64,000 nucleotides of DNA from Eledone cirrhosa (Eukaryota). The notes under the pieces are model-generated. The model ran no database searches. It had not been told where the DNA came from and worked only from the letters and a program-made list of their open reading frames with translations. The translations under genes and the position numbers were made by a program. Below, in pieces: positions 11,741 to 32,361 of this stretch. Each line of letters begins with the position of its first letter. Position 1 is the stretch's first letter. The stretch lies in the NCBI GenBank assembly GCA_964016885.1, contig OZ024741.1:398846001-398910000 (forward strand), read 5' to 3'.

Positions 11741-13046
11741 CATATACTATATCATACATTATATCATACACTATATCATATACTATATCATACACTATAT
11801 CATACACTATATCATATACTATATCATACACTATATCATATTCTATATCATACACTATATCATACACTATATCATACATTATATCATACACTATATCATA
11901 CATTATATCATATACTATATCATACACTATACCATACACTATATCATATACTATATCATACACTATATCATACACTATATCATATAATATATCATACACT
12001 ATATCATACACGATATCATACACTATATCATACACTATACCATACTCTATATCATACACTATAACATACACTATACCATACTCTATATGATACACTATAT
12101 CATACACTATATCATACATTATATCATACACTATATTATACACTATACCATGCTTTATATCATACATTATATCAAATACTATATCATATAATATACCATA
12201 CACTATATCATACTCTATAGCATACACTATAATATACACTATATCATACACTATATCATATACTATATCATACACTATATCATACATTATACCATACTCT
12301 ATATCATACACTATATCATACACTATATCATACACTAAACCATACACTATATCATACACTATATCAAACACTATATCATACACTATACCATACATAATAT
12401 TATATACTATATCATACACTATATCATACAATATATCACACACTATATCATACACTATATTGTACTCTATATCATACACTATATCATATAGTATATCGTG
12501 CACTATATCATACACTATATGATACACTATATCATACACTATATCATATATTATATCATACACTATATTATATACGATATAATACACTATATCATATACT
12601 ATATCATACACTATATGATACACTATATCATACACAATATCCTACTCTATATCATACACTATATCATACACTATATCATACACTCAACCATACACTATAA
12701 CATACACTATATCATACACTATATCATACACTATACATTATAATATATCATACACTATATCATACACTATATCATACACTATATCATATACTGTATCATA
12801 TACTATATCATACACTATATCATATACAGTATCATACTCTATATCATACTTTATATCATAAAATATACCATACACTATATCATACACTATATCATACACT
12901 ATATGATACACTATATCATACACTATATCATACACTATACCATACTCTATTTCATACACTGTATCATACACTATATCATACACTATACCATACACTATAT
13001 CATATATCATATACTATGTCATACACTATATCATACACTATATCTT

Positions 13047-16000
13047 ACACTATATCATACACTATATCATACTCCATATGATACACTATATCATACAATA
13101 AACCATACACTATATCATACACTATATCATACACTATAACATACACTACATCATACACTATAACATACTCTATATCATGCACTATATCATATACTATATC
13201 ATACACTACATTATACACTATACCATACACTATATCATACACTATATCATACACTATATCATACATTATATCATACACTATAACATACACTATATTATAT
13301 ACTATATCATACACTATATCATTACAGTATATCATACACTATACCATTCACTGTATCATACACTATACCATATACTATATCATACTCTATATCATACATT
13401 ATATCATACTCTATATCATACACTATATCATACACTATATCATAGACTATACAATACACTATATCATACACTATATCATACATTATACCATACGCTATAT
13501 CATATACTATATCATAAACTATATCATACACTATATCATACACTATACCATACTTTATATCATACACTAAATCATATATTATATCATAGACTAGACTATA
13601 CTCTATATCATACACTAAACCATAAACTATATCATACAATATATCATACACTATCTCATGCACTATATCGTGCACTATATCATACACTATATCATACACC
13701 ATATGATAAACTATATCATAGGCTAAACCATACACTATATCATACACTATATCATACACTATATCATACACAATACCATACTCTATATCATACACTATAT
13801 CACATATTATATCATAGATTATATCATACACTATATCATATACTATATCATACACTATATCATTACAGTATATCATACACTATACCATACACTATATCAT
13901 ATACTATATCATAAACTATATCATATACTATATCAAACACTATACCATATATTATATCATACACTATATCATACGGTATATCATATACTATATCATACAC
14001 TATACCATACACTATATCATATACTATATCATACACTATATCATATACTATATCATACACTATAGCATATACTATATCAGACACTATCTCATACTCTATA
14101 TCATACTCTATATCATACACTATATCATATACTATATCATACACTATGTCATACACTATATCATATACTATATTACACTGTATTATATACTATATCATAT
14201 ACTATAACATATACTATATCATATACTATATCATACACTATATCATATACTATAGCATATACTATATCATACACTATATCATATACTATATCATACATAT
14301 ATCATTTGCTATATCATATACTATATCATATACTATATCATATACTATATCATACACTATATCATATACTATATCATATACTATATCATACACTATATCA
14401 TACACTATATCATACACTATATCATACACTATATCATATAATATATCATGCACTGTATCATACACTATATCATACACTAGATCATATACTATATCATACA
14501 CTATATAATATAATATATCATATACTATATCATACACTATATCATACACTATATCATACACTATATCATACATTATATCATACACTATATCTTACACTAT
14601 ATCATATACTATATCATACACTATATCATACACTATATCATACACTATATCATACACTATATCATATACTATATCATACAATATATCATATACTATATCA
14701 TACACTATACCATACTCTATATCATACACTATATCATACATTATATCATACACTATATCATACACTATACCATACACTATATCATACACTATATCATATA
14801 CTATATCATACACTATATCATGCACTATATCATACACTATACCATACTCTATATCATACACTATATCATATACTATATCATACACTATATCATACATTAT
14901 ATCATACACTATACCATACAATATATCATACATTATACCATACTCTATATCATACAATATATCATATACTATATCATACACTATATCATACAATATACTA
15001 TACACTATATCATACACTATACCATACTCTATATCATACACTATATCATACACTATATCATACATTATACCATACTCTATATCATACTCCATATCATACA
15101 CTATATCATACAATAAACCATACACAATATCATACAATATATCATACACTATATCATACACTATATCATACATTATACCATACTCTATATCATACTCAAT
15201 ATCATACACAATATCATACAATAAACCATACACTATATCATACACTATATCATACACTGTATCATACACTATATCATACACTATATCATACATTATATCA
15301 TACACTATATCATACACTATATCATATACTATATCATACAATATATCATAACCTATACCATTCACTATATCATACACTATACCATATACTATATCATATA
15401 CTATATCATACTCTATATCATACATTATATCATACTCTATATCATACACTATATCATACACTATATCATACACAATACAATACACTATATCATACACTAT
15501 ATCATACACTATACCATACACTATATCATATACTATATCATAAACTATATCATACACTATATCATACACTATTCCATACTTTATATCATATATTATATCA
15601 TATATTATATCATAGACTAGACTATACTCTATGTCATACACTATATCATTCACTATATCATATACTATATCATACAATATATCATAAACTATACCATTCA
15701 CTATATCATACACTATACCATATACTATATCATACTCTACATCATACATTATATCATACTCTATATCATACACTATATCATACACTATATCATACACTAT
15801 ACAATACACAATATCATACACGAAACCATACACTATATCATACAATATATCATACACTATATCATGCACTATATCGTACACTATATCATACACTATATCA
15901 TACTCCATATGATACACTATATCATACACTAAACCATACACTATATCATACACTATATCATACAATATATCATACACTATACCATACTCTATATCATACA

Positions 16001-19000
16001 CTATATCATATATTATATCATACACTATATCATACACTATATCATATACTATATCATACACTATATCATTACAGTATATCATACACTATACCATACACTA
16101 TATCATATACTATATCATAAACTATATCATACACTATATCATACACTATACCATACATTATATCGTATACTATATCATACTCTATAACATATACTATATT
16201 ATACACTATACCATATATTATATCATACACTATATCATACACTTTATCATATACTATATCATCCACTATATCATACACTATATCATACGCTATATCATAT
16301 ACTATATCATACACTATACCAAACACTATATCATATATTATATAATACACTATATCATATACTATACGATACACTATACCATATACTATATCATACACTA
16401 TATCATACACTGTATCATACTCTATATCATACACTATATGATATAGTATATCATACACTATATCATATACTATATCATACATATATCATATACTATATCA
16501 TATACTATATCATATACTATATCATATACTATATCATACACTATATCATATACTATATCATATACAATATCATACACTATATCATATACTATATCATATA
16601 TTATATCATACACTATATCATACACTATATCATACACTATATCATACACTATATCATATAATATATCATGCACTGTATTATACACTATATCATACACTAT
16701 ATTATACACTATATCATATAATATATCATATACTATATCATACACTATATCATACACTATATCATACACTATATCATACACTATATCATACACTATATCT
16801 TACACTATATCATATACTATATCATACACTATATCATACACTATATCATACACTATATCATACACTATATCATATATTATATCATACAATATATCATATA
16901 CTATATGATACACTATACCATACTCTATATCATACTCTATATCATATACTATATCATACATTATATCATACACTATATCATACACTATACCATACACTAT
17001 ATCATACACTATATCATATACTATATCATACACTATACAATGCACTATATCATACACTATACCATACTCTATATCATACACTATATCATATACTATATCA
17101 TACACTATATCATACACTATATCATACACTATACCATACACTATATCATACACTATACCATACTCTATATCATACAATATATCATATACTATATCATACA
17201 ATATATCATACAATATACTATACACTATATCATACACTATACCATACTCTATATCATACACTATATCATACACTATATCATACACTATACCATACTCTAT
17301 ATCATACTCTATATCATATACTATATTATACACTATACTATACTCTATAACATATAATATATCATACACTATATCATACACTATATCATATACTATATCA
17401 TACACTATATCATATTCTATATCATACACTATATCATACACTATATCATACATTATATCATACACTATATCATACACTATATCATTTACTATATGATACA
17501 CTATATCATACACTATACCATTCACTATATCATACACTATACCATTTACTATATCATACTCTATATCATACAATATATCATACTCTATATCATACAATAT
17601 AACATACACTAAATCATACACTATACAATACACTATATCATATACTATATAATACACTATTCCATACACTATATCATATACCATATCATAAACTATTTCA
17701 TGCACTATATCATATACTATATCATACACTATATCATACACTACATCATGCACTATACCATACTTTATACCATACACTATATTATATATTATATCATAGA
17801 CTAAACCATACTCTATATCATACACTATATCATACAATAAACCTTACACTAAATCATACACTATATCATACACTATATCATACACTATATCGTACACTAT
17901 ATCATATACTATATCATACTCCATATCATACACTATATCATACACTAAAGCATACACTATATCATACACTATATCATACACTATTTCATACACTATACCA
18001 TACTCTATATCATACACTATATCATATATTATATAATACATTATATAATACACTATATCATATACAATATCATACACTATATCATTACGGTATATCATAC
18101 ACTATACCATAAACTATATCCTATACTATATCATACACTATATCATACACTATATCATACACGATATCCTACTCTATATCATACAATATACCATATATTA
18201 TATCATACAATATGTCATACACTTTATAATATACTATACCATATACTATATCATACACTATATCATACTCTATGTCATGCTCTATATCATACACTATATC
18301 ATACACTATACCATACACTATATCATATACTATATCATACACTATATCATACACTATATCTTACACTATATAATACACTATGTAATACTCAATATCATAC
18401 ACTATATCATAGACTATATATTATTTCATACACTATATCATATACTGTATCATATACTATATCATATACTATATCATATAGAGTATCATAATCTATATCA
18501 TACTCTATATCATACACTATACCAAACACTATATCATACACTATATCATACACTATATGATACACTATATCATACACTATATCATACACTATATCATACA
18601 TTATACTATACTCTATATCATATACTATATCATATCTATATCATACACTATATCATACACGATATCATACACTATATCATACACTATACCATACTCTATA
18701 TCATACACTATAAAATACACTATACCATACTCTATATCATACACTATATCATACACTATATCATACACTATATCATACACGATAACATACTCTATATCAT
18801 ACACTATATCATACACTATATCATACATTATAACATACACTATACCATACCTTATATCATACACTATATCATATACTATATCATATACTATATCATACAC
18901 TATATCTTTCACTATATCATAATAATATATCATACACTTTATCATACACTATATCATACACTATATTATACACTGTATCATACACTAAACTATACACTAT

Positions 19001-22000
19001 ATCATACACTATATCATACACTATATCATACACTATACCATACACTATATCATATACTATATCATACAGTATATCATATACTATATCATACACTATACCA
19101 TATTCTATATCATACACTATATCATACTCTATATCATACTCTATATCATACACTACATCATACACTAAATATTATACACTATATCATACACTATCCCATA
19201 CGCTATATCATACACTATATCATATAGTATATCATACACTATATCATACACTATATAATACACTAAATCATACACTATATCATACACTATATGATACACT
19301 ATATCATACACTATATCATATATTATATCATACACTATATTATATACTATATAATACACTATATCATAAAATATATCATACACTATATCATACACTATAT
19401 CATACACTATACCCTACTATATATCATACACTATATCATACACTAAACCATACACTATATCATACACTATATCATACACTATATCATACATTATACCATA
19501 TATTATATCATACACTATATCATACACTATATCATATACTATATCATATATTATATCATATACTATATCATACACTATATCATATACAGTATCATACTCT
19601 ATATCATACTTTATATCATAAACTATACCATACACTATATCATACACTATATCATACACTATATCATACACTATATCATACACTATATCATATACTATAT
19701 CAAACACTATATCATACTGTATATCATACATTATATCATACACTATATCATACATTATACTATACTCTATATCATATACTACATCATACTCTATATCATA
19801 CACTATATCATACATTATATCATACAATATATCATACACTACATCATACACTATATCATACACTATACCATACTCTATATCATACACTATATCATACATT
19901 ATATCATACACTAGATCATCTCTATATCATACACTATATCATACACTAAACCATACATTGTATCATACACTATATCATACACTATATCGTACACTATACC
20001 ATACACTATATCACATACTATATCATACACTATATCATACACTATATCTTACACTATATCATACACTATATCATACTCCATATCATACACTATATCATAC
20101 ACTATACCATACACTGTATCATACACTATATCTTACACTATATCATACACTATATCATACACTATATGATACACTATACCATATACTATATCATATACTA
20201 TATCATATACTATATCATACACTAAACCATACACTATATCATACACAATATCATACACTATATTATAAACTATACCATACACTATATCATATAATATATC
20301 ATACACTATACCATATACTAAATCATACACTATATCATACACTATATCATACACTATATGATATACTATATGATACACTATATCATATACTATATCAGAC
20401 ACTATATCATACACTAAACCATACACTATATCATACACTATATCATACACTATATCATACACTATATGATATACTATATGATACACTATATCATACACTA
20501 CATCATACACTATATCATACACTATATCATACACTATATCATACACTATATCATATACTATATCATACACTATATCATACACTATATCTTACACTATATA
20601 ATACACTATGTAATACTCAATATCATATACTATATCATACACTATATCATATACAGTATCATAATCTATATCATACATTATATCATACACTATACCATAC
20701 ACTATATCATACACTATACCATACACTATATCATACACTATATCATACACTATATCATACACTATATCATACACTATATCATACACTATATCATATACTA
20801 TATCATACACTATATCATATACTATATCATACACTATACCATATTCTATATCATACACTATATCATACACTTTATCATATACTATATCATACACTATACC
20901 ATACACTATATCACATACTATATCATACACTATATCATATACTATATCATACACTATACCATATTCTATATCATACACTATATCATACTCTATATCATAT
21001 TCTATATCATACACTATATCATACACTATACCATACACTATATCATATACTATGTCAGACACTATATCATACACTAAACCATACACTATATCATACACTA
21101 TATCATACACTATATCATACACTATATGATATACTATATGATACACTATACCATACACTACATCATACAATATATCATACACTATATCATACACTATATC
21201 ATACACTATATCATATACTATATCATACACTATATCATACACTATATCTTATACTATATCATACACTATATCATACACTATATCATATATTATATCATAC
21301 ACTATATCATACACTATATCATACACTATATCATATATCATATCATAAACTATATCATACACTATATCATATACTATATCATAAACTATATCATACACTA
21401 TATCATACAATATACCATACATTATATAATACATTATATCATATACTATATCATATATTATATCATACACTATGACATACTCTATATTATACACTATATT
21501 ATACAATATATCATATACTGTATCATATACTATATCATAGACTATATCATACACTATATCATATACTATATCATACAATATCTCATACACTATATCATAC
21601 ACTATACCATACACTATATCATACACAATACCATACACTATATCATACTCTATATCGTACATTATATCATACTCTATATCATACACTATATCATACACTA
21701 TATCATAAACTATAACATATACTATATTATACACGATATCATACACTATACCATACATTATATCATACCCAATACCATACACTATATCATATTCTATATC
21801 ATACACTATATAATACACTATATCATACACTATATCATATACTATACCATACAATATATCATACACTATATCATATACTATATCATACACTATATCATAC
21901 ACTATATCATATACTATATCATACACTGTATCATACACTATATCTTATACTATATCATACGCTATATTATACACTATATCATATATTATATCATACACTA

Positions 22001-25000
22001 TATCATACACTATATCATATACTATATCATAAACTATATCATACACTATATCATACAATATACCATACTTTTATATCATACACTATATCATATACTATAT
22101 CATACACTATATCATACTCTATATCATGCTCTATATCATACACTATATCATACACTATACCATACACTATATCATATAGTATATCATACACTATATCATA
22201 CACTATATCTTACACTATATAATACACTATGTAATACTCAATATCATACACTATATCATAGACTATATATTATTTCATACACTATATCATATACTGTATC
22301 ATATACTATATCATATACTATATCATATAGAGTATCATAATCTATATCATACTCTATATCATACACTATACCAAACACTATATCATACACTATATCATAC
22401 ACTATATGATACACTATATCATACACTATATCATACACTATATCATACATTATACTATACTCTATATCATATACTATATCATATCTATATCATACACTAT
22501 ATCATACACGATATCATACACTATATCATACACTATACCATACTCTATATCATACACTATAAAATACACTATACCATACTCTATATCATACACTATATCA
22601 TACACTATATCATACACTATATCATACACGATAACATACTCTATATCATACACTATATCATACACTATATCATACATTATAACATACACTATACCATACC
22701 TTATATCATACACTATATCATATACTATATCATATACTATATCATACACTATATCTTTCACTATATCATAATAATATATCATACACTTTATCATACACTA
22801 TATCATACACTATATCATACACTATATCATACTCCATATGATACACTATATCATACAATAAACCATACACTATATCATACACTATATCATACACTATAAC
22901 ATACACTATATCATACACTATAACATACTCTATATCATGCACTATATCATATACTATATCATACACTACATTATACACTATACCATACACTATATCATAC
23001 ACTATATCATACACTATATCATACATTATATCATACACTATAACATACACTATATTATATACTATATCATACACTATATCATTACAGTATATCATACACT
23101 ATACCATTCACTGTATCATACACTATACCATATACTATATCATACTCTATATCATACATTATATCATACTCTATATCATACACTATATCATACACTATAT
23201 CATAGACTATACAATACACTATATCATACACTATATCATACATTATACCATACGCTATATCATATACTATATCATAAACTATATCATACACTATATCATA
23301 CACTATACCATACTTTATATCATACACTAAATCATATATTATATCATAGACTAGACTATACTCTATATCATACACTAAACCATAAACTATATCATACAAT
23401 ATATCATACACTATCTCATGCACTATATCGTGCACTATATCATACACTATATCATACACCATATGATAAACTATATCATAGGCTAAACCATACACTATAT
23501 CATACACTATATCATACACTATATCATACACAATACCATACTCTATATCATACACTATATCACATATTATATCATAGATTATATCATACACTATATCATA
23601 TACTATATCATACACTATATCATTACAGTATATCATACACTATAACATACACTATATCATATACTATATCATAAACTATATCATATACTATATCAAACAC
23701 TATACCATATATTATATCATACACTATATCATACGGTATATCATATACTATATCATACACTATACCATACACTATATCATATACTATATCATACACTATA
23801 TCATATACTATATCATACACTATAGCATATACTATATCAGACACTATCTCATACTCTATATCATACTCTATATCATACACTATATCATATACTATATCAT
23901 ACACTATGTCATACACTATATCATATACTATATTACACTGTATTATATACTATATCATATACTATAACATATACTATATCATATACTATATCATACACTA
24001 TATCATATACTATAGCATATACTATATCATACACTATATCATATACTATATCATACATATATCATTTGCTATATCATATACTATATCATATACTATATCA
24101 TATACTATATCATACACTATATCATATACTATATCATATACTATATCATACACTATATCATACACTATATCATACACTATATCATACACTATATCATATA
24201 ATATATCATGCACTGTATCATACACTATATCATACACTAGATCATATACTATATCATACACTATATAATATAATATATCATATACTATATCATACACTAT
24301 ATCATACACTATATCATACACTATATCATACATTATATCATACACTATATCTTACACTATATCATATACTATATCATACACTATATCATACACTATATCA
24401 TACACTATATCATACACTATATCATATACTATATCATACAATATATCATATACTATATCATACACTATACCATACTCTATATCATACACTATATCATACA
24501 TTATATCATACACTATATCATACACTATACCATACACTATATCATACACTATATCATATACTATATCATACACTATATCATGCACTATATCATACACTAT
24601 ACCATACTCTATATCATACACTATATCATATACTATATCATACACTATATCATACATTATATCATACACTATACCATACAATATATCATACATTATACCA
24701 TACTCTATATCATACAATATATCATATACTATATCATACACTATATCATACAATATACTATACACTATATCATACACTATACCATACTCTATATCATACA
24801 CTATATCATACACTATATCATACATTATACCATACTCTATATCATACTCCATATCATACACTATATCATACAATAAACCATACACAATATCATACAATAT
24901 ATCATACACTATATCATACACTATATCATACATTATACCATACTCTATATCATACTCAATATCATACACAATATCATACAATAAACCATACACTATATCA

Positions 25001-28000
25001 TACACTATATCATACACTGTATCATACACTATATCATACACTATATCATACATTATATCATACACTATATCATACACTATATCATATACTATATCATACA
25101 ATATATCATAACCTATACCATTCACTATATCATACACTATACCATATACTATATCATATACTATATCATACTCTATATCATACATTATATCATACTCTAT
25201 ATCATACACTATATCATACACTATATCATACACAATACAATACATTATATCATACACTATATCATACACTATACCATACACTATATCATATACTATATCA
25301 TAAACTATATCATACACTATATCATACACTATTCCATACTTTATATCATATATTATATCATATATTATATCATAGACTAGACTATACTCTATGTCATACA
25401 CTATATCATTCACTATATCATATACTATATCATACAATATATCATAAACTATACCATTCACTATATCATACACTATACCATATACTATATCATACTCTAC
25501 ATCATACATTATATCATACTCTATATCATACACTATATCATACATTATATCATACACTATACAATACACTATATCATACACTAAACCATACATTATATCA
25601 TACAATATATCATACACTATATCATGCACTATATCGTACACTATATCATACACTATATCATACTCCATATGATACACTATATCATACACTAAACCATACA
25701 CTATATCATACACTATATCATACAATATATCATACACTATACCATACTCTATATCATACACTATATCATATATTATATCATACACTATATCATACACTAT
25801 ATCATATACTATATCATACACTATATCATACACTATATCATACGCTATATCATATACTATATCATACACTATACCAAACACTATATCATATATTATATAA
25901 TACACTATATCATATACTATACGATACACTATACCATATACTATATCATACACTATATCATACACTGTATCATACTCTATATCATACACTATATCATATA
26001 GTATATCATACACTATATCATATACTATATCATACATATATCATATACTATATCATATACTATATCATATACTATATCATATACTATATCATACACTATA
26101 TCATATACTATATCATATACAATATCATACACTATATCATATACTATATCATATATTATATCATACACTATATCATACACTATATCATACACTATATCAT
26201 ACACTATATCATATAATATATCATGCACTGTATTATACACTATATCATACACTATATTATACACTATATGATATAATATATCATATACTATATCATACAC
26301 TATATCATACACTATATCATACACTATATCATACACTATATCATACACTATATCTTACACTATATCATATACTATATCATACACTATATCATACACTATA
26401 TCATACACTATATCATACACTATATCATATATTATATCATACAATATATCATATACTATATGATACACTATACCATACTCTATATCATACTCTATATCAT
26501 ATACTATATCATACATTATATCATACACTATATCATACACTATACCATACACTATATCATACACTATATCATATACTATATCATACACTATACAATGCAC
26601 TATATCATACACTATACCATACTCTATATCATACACTATATCATATACTATATCATACACTACATCATACACTATATCATACACTATACCATACACTATA
26701 TCATACACTATACCATACTCTATATCATACAATATATCATATACTATATCATACAATATATCATACAATATACTATACACTATATCATACACTATACCAT
26801 ACTCTATATCATACACTATATCATACACTATATCATACACTATACCATACTCTATATCATACTCTATATCATATACTATATTATACACTATACTATACTC
26901 TATAACATATAATATATCATACACTATATCATACACTATATCATATACTATATCATACACTATATCATATTCTATATCATACACTATATCATACACTATA
27001 TCATACATTATATCATACACTATATCATACACTATATCATTTACTATATGATACACTATATCATACACTATACCATTCACTATATCATACACTATACCAT
27101 TTACTATATCATACTCTATATCATACAATATATCATACTCTATATCATACAATATAACATACACTAAATCATACACTATACAATACACTATATCATATAC
27201 TATATAATACACTATTCCATACACTATATCATATACCATATCATAAACTATTTCATGCACTATATCATATACTATATCATACACTATATCATACACTACA
27301 TCATACACTATACCATACTTTATACCATACACTATATCATATATTATATCATAGACTAAACCATACTCTATATCATACACTATATCATACAATAAACCTT
27401 ACACTAAATCATACACTATATCATACACTATATCATACACTATATCGTACACTATATCATATACTATATCATACTCCATATCATACACTATATCATACAC
27501 TAAAGCATACACTATATCATACACTATATCATACACTATTTCATACACTATACCATACTCTATATCATACACTATATCATATATTATATAATACATTATA
27601 TAATACACTATATCATATACAATATCATACACTATATCATTACGGTATATCATACACTATACCATACACTATATCCTATACTATATGATACACTATATCA
27701 TACACTATATCATACACGATATCCTACTCTATATCATACAATATACCATATATTATATCATACAATATGTCATACACTTTATAATATACTATACCATATA
27801 CTATATCATACACTATATCATACTCTATATCATGCTCTATATCATACACTATATCATACACTATACCATACACTATATCATATACTATATCATACACTAT
27901 ATCATACACTATATCTTACACTATATAATACACTATGTAATACTCAATATCATACACTATATCATAGACTATATATTATTTCATACACTATATCATATAC

Positions 28001-31000
28001 TGTATCATATACTATATCATATACTATATCATATAGAGTATCATAATCTATATCATACTCTATATCATACACTATACCAAACACTATATCATACACTATA
28101 TCATACACTATATGATACACTATATCATACACTATATCATACACTATATCATACATTATACTATACTCTATATCATATACTATATCATATCTATATCATA
28201 CACTATATCATACACGATATCATACACTATATCATACACTATACCATACTCTATATCATACACTATAAAATACACTATACCATACTCTATATCATACACT
28301 ATATCATACACTATATCATACACTATATCATACACGATAACATACTCTATATCATACACTATATCATACACTATATCATACATTATAACATACACTATAC
28401 CATACCTTATATCATACACTATATCATATACTATATCATATACTATATCATACACTATATCTTTCACTATATCATAATAATATATCATACACTTTATCAT
28501 ACACTATATCATACACTATATTATACACTGTATCATACACTAAACTATACACTATATCATACACTATATCATACACTATATCATACACTATACCATACAC
28601 TATATCATATACTATATCATACAGTATATCATATACTATATCATACACTATACCATATTCTATATCATACACTATATCATACTCTATATCATACTCTATA
28701 TCATACACTACATCATACACTAAATATTATACACTATATCATACACTATCCCATACGCTATATCATACACTATATCATATAGTATATCATACACTATATC
28801 ATACACTATATAATACACTAAATCATACACTATATCATACACTATATGATACACTATATCATACACTATATCATATATTATATCATACACTATATTATAT
28901 ACTATATAATACACTATATCATAAAATATATCATACACTATATCATACACTATATCATACACTATACCCTACTATATATCATACACTATATCATACACTA
29001 AACCATACACTATATCATACACTATATCATACACTATATCATACATTATACCATATATTATATCATACACTATATCATACACTATATCATATACTATATC
29101 ATATATTATATCATATACTATATCATACACTATATCATATACAGTATCATACTCTATATCATACTTTATATCATAAACTATACCATACACTATATCATAC
29201 ACTATATCATACACTATATCATACACTATATCATACACTATATCATATACTATATCAAACACTATATCATACTGTATATCATACATTATATCATACACTA
29301 TATCATACATTATACTATACTCTATATCATATACTACATCATACTCTATATCATACACTATATCATACATTATATCATACAATATATCATACACTACATC
29401 ATACACTATATCATACACTATACCATACTCTATATCATACACTATATCATACATTATATCATACACTAGATCATCTCTATATCATACACTATATCATACA
29501 CTAAACCATACATTGTATCATACACTATATCATACACTATATCGTACACTATACCATACACTATATCACATACTATATCATACACTATATCATACACTAT
29601 ATCTTACACTATATCATACACTATACCATACTCCATATCATACACTATATCATACACTATACCATACACTGTATCATACACTATATCTTACACGATATCA
29701 TACACTATATCATACACTATATGATACACTATACCATATACTATATCATATACTATATCATATACTATATCATACACTAAACCATACACTATATCATACA
29801 CAATATCATACACTATATTATAAACTATACCATACACTATATCATATAATATATCATACACTATACCATATACTAAACCATACACTATATCATACACTAT
29901 ATCATACACTATATGATATACTATATGATACACTATATCATATACTATATCAGACACTATATCATACACTAAACCATACACTATATCATACACTATATCA
30001 TACACTATATCATACACTATATGATATACTATATGATACACTATATCATACACTACATCATACACTATATCATACACTATATCATACACTATATCATACA
30101 CTATATCATATACTATATCATACACTATATCATACACTATATCTTACACTATATAATACACTATGTAATACTCAATATCATATACTATATCATACACTAT
30201 ATCATATACAGTATCATAATCTATATCATACATTATATCATACACTATACCATACACTATATCATACACTATACCATACACTATATCATACACTATATCA
30301 TACACTATATCATACACTATATCATACACTATATCATACACTATATCATATACTATATCATACACTATATCATATACTATATCATACACTATACCATATT
30401 CTATATCATACACTATATCATACACTTTATCATATACTATATCATACACTATACCATACACTATATCACATACTATATCATACACTATATCATATACTAT
30501 ATCATACACTATACCATATTCTATATCATACACTATATCATACTCTATATCATATTCTATATCATACACTATATCATACACTATACCATACACTATATCA
30601 TATACTATGTCAGACACTATATCATACACTAAACCATACACTATATCATACACTATATCATACACTATATCATACACTATATGATATACTATATGATACA
30701 CTATACCATACACTACATCATACAATATATCATACACTATATCATACACTATATCATACACTATATCATATACTATATCATACACTATATCATACACTAT
30801 ATCTTATACTATATCATACACTATATCATACACTATATCATATATTATATCATACACTATATCATACACTATATCATACACTATATCATATATCATATCA
30901 TAAACTATATCATACACTATATCATATACTATATCATAAACTATATCATACACTATATCATACAATATACCATACATTATATAATACAGTATATCATATA

Positions 31001-32361
31001 CTATATCATATATTATATCATACACTATGACATACTCTATATTATACACTATATTATACAATATATCATATACTGTATCATATACTATATCATAGACTAT
31101 ATCATACACTATATCATATACTATATCATACAATATCTCATACACTATATCATACACTATACCATACACTATATCATACACAATACCATACACTATATCA
31201 TACTCTATATCGTACATTATATCATACTCTATATCATACACTATATCATACACTATATCATAAACTATAACATATACTATATTATACACGATATCATACA
31301 CTATACCATACATTATATCATACCCAATACCATACACTATATCATATTCTATATCATACACTATATAATACACTATATCATACACTATATCATATACTAT
31401 ACCATACAATATATCATACACTATATCATATACTATATCATACACTATATCATACACTATATCATATACTATATCATACACTGTATCATACACTATATCT
31501 TATACTATATCATACGCTATATTATACACTATATCATATATTATATCATACACTATATCATACACTATATCATATACTATATCATAAACTATATCATACA
31601 CTATATCATACAATATACCATACTTTTATATCATACACTATATCATATACTATATCATACACTATATCATACTCTATATCATGCTCTATATCATACACTA
31701 TATCATACACTATACCATACACTATATCATATAGTATATCATACACTATATCATACACTATATCTTACACTATATAATACACTATGTAATACTCAATATC
31801 ATACACTATATCATAGACTATATATTATTTCATACACTATATCATATACTGTATCATATACTATATCATATACTATATCATATAGAGTATCATAATCTAT
31901 ATCATACTCTATATCATACACTATACCAAACACTATATCATACACTATATCATACACTATATGATACACTATATCATACACTATATCATACACTATATCA
32001 TACATTATACTATACTCTATATCATATACTATATCATATCTATATCATACACTATATCATACACGATATCATACACTATATCATACACTATACCATACTC
32101 TATATCATACACTATAAAATACACTATACCATACTCTATATCATACACTATATCATACACTATATCATACACTATATCATACACGATAACATACTCTATA
32201 TCATACACTATATCATACACTATATCATACATTATAACATACACTATACCATACCTTATATCATACACTATATCATATACTATATCATATACTATATCAT
32301 ACACTATATCTTTCACTATATCATAATAATATATCATACACTTTATCATACACTATATCAT
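13047..32361. repeat. Higher-order tandem duplication in the 12-bp array: copy 1 ~13047-22806 (9760 bp), copy 2 ~22807-32361 (9555 bp)
   Basis: Identical variant strings and ORF translations recur at offset 9760 (13177->22937, 13322->23082, 14146->23906) and then 9555 (16800->26355, 19958->29513, 22474->32029). A 205-bp segment near 16066-16270 is missing from copy 2. Confidence 0.92.
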
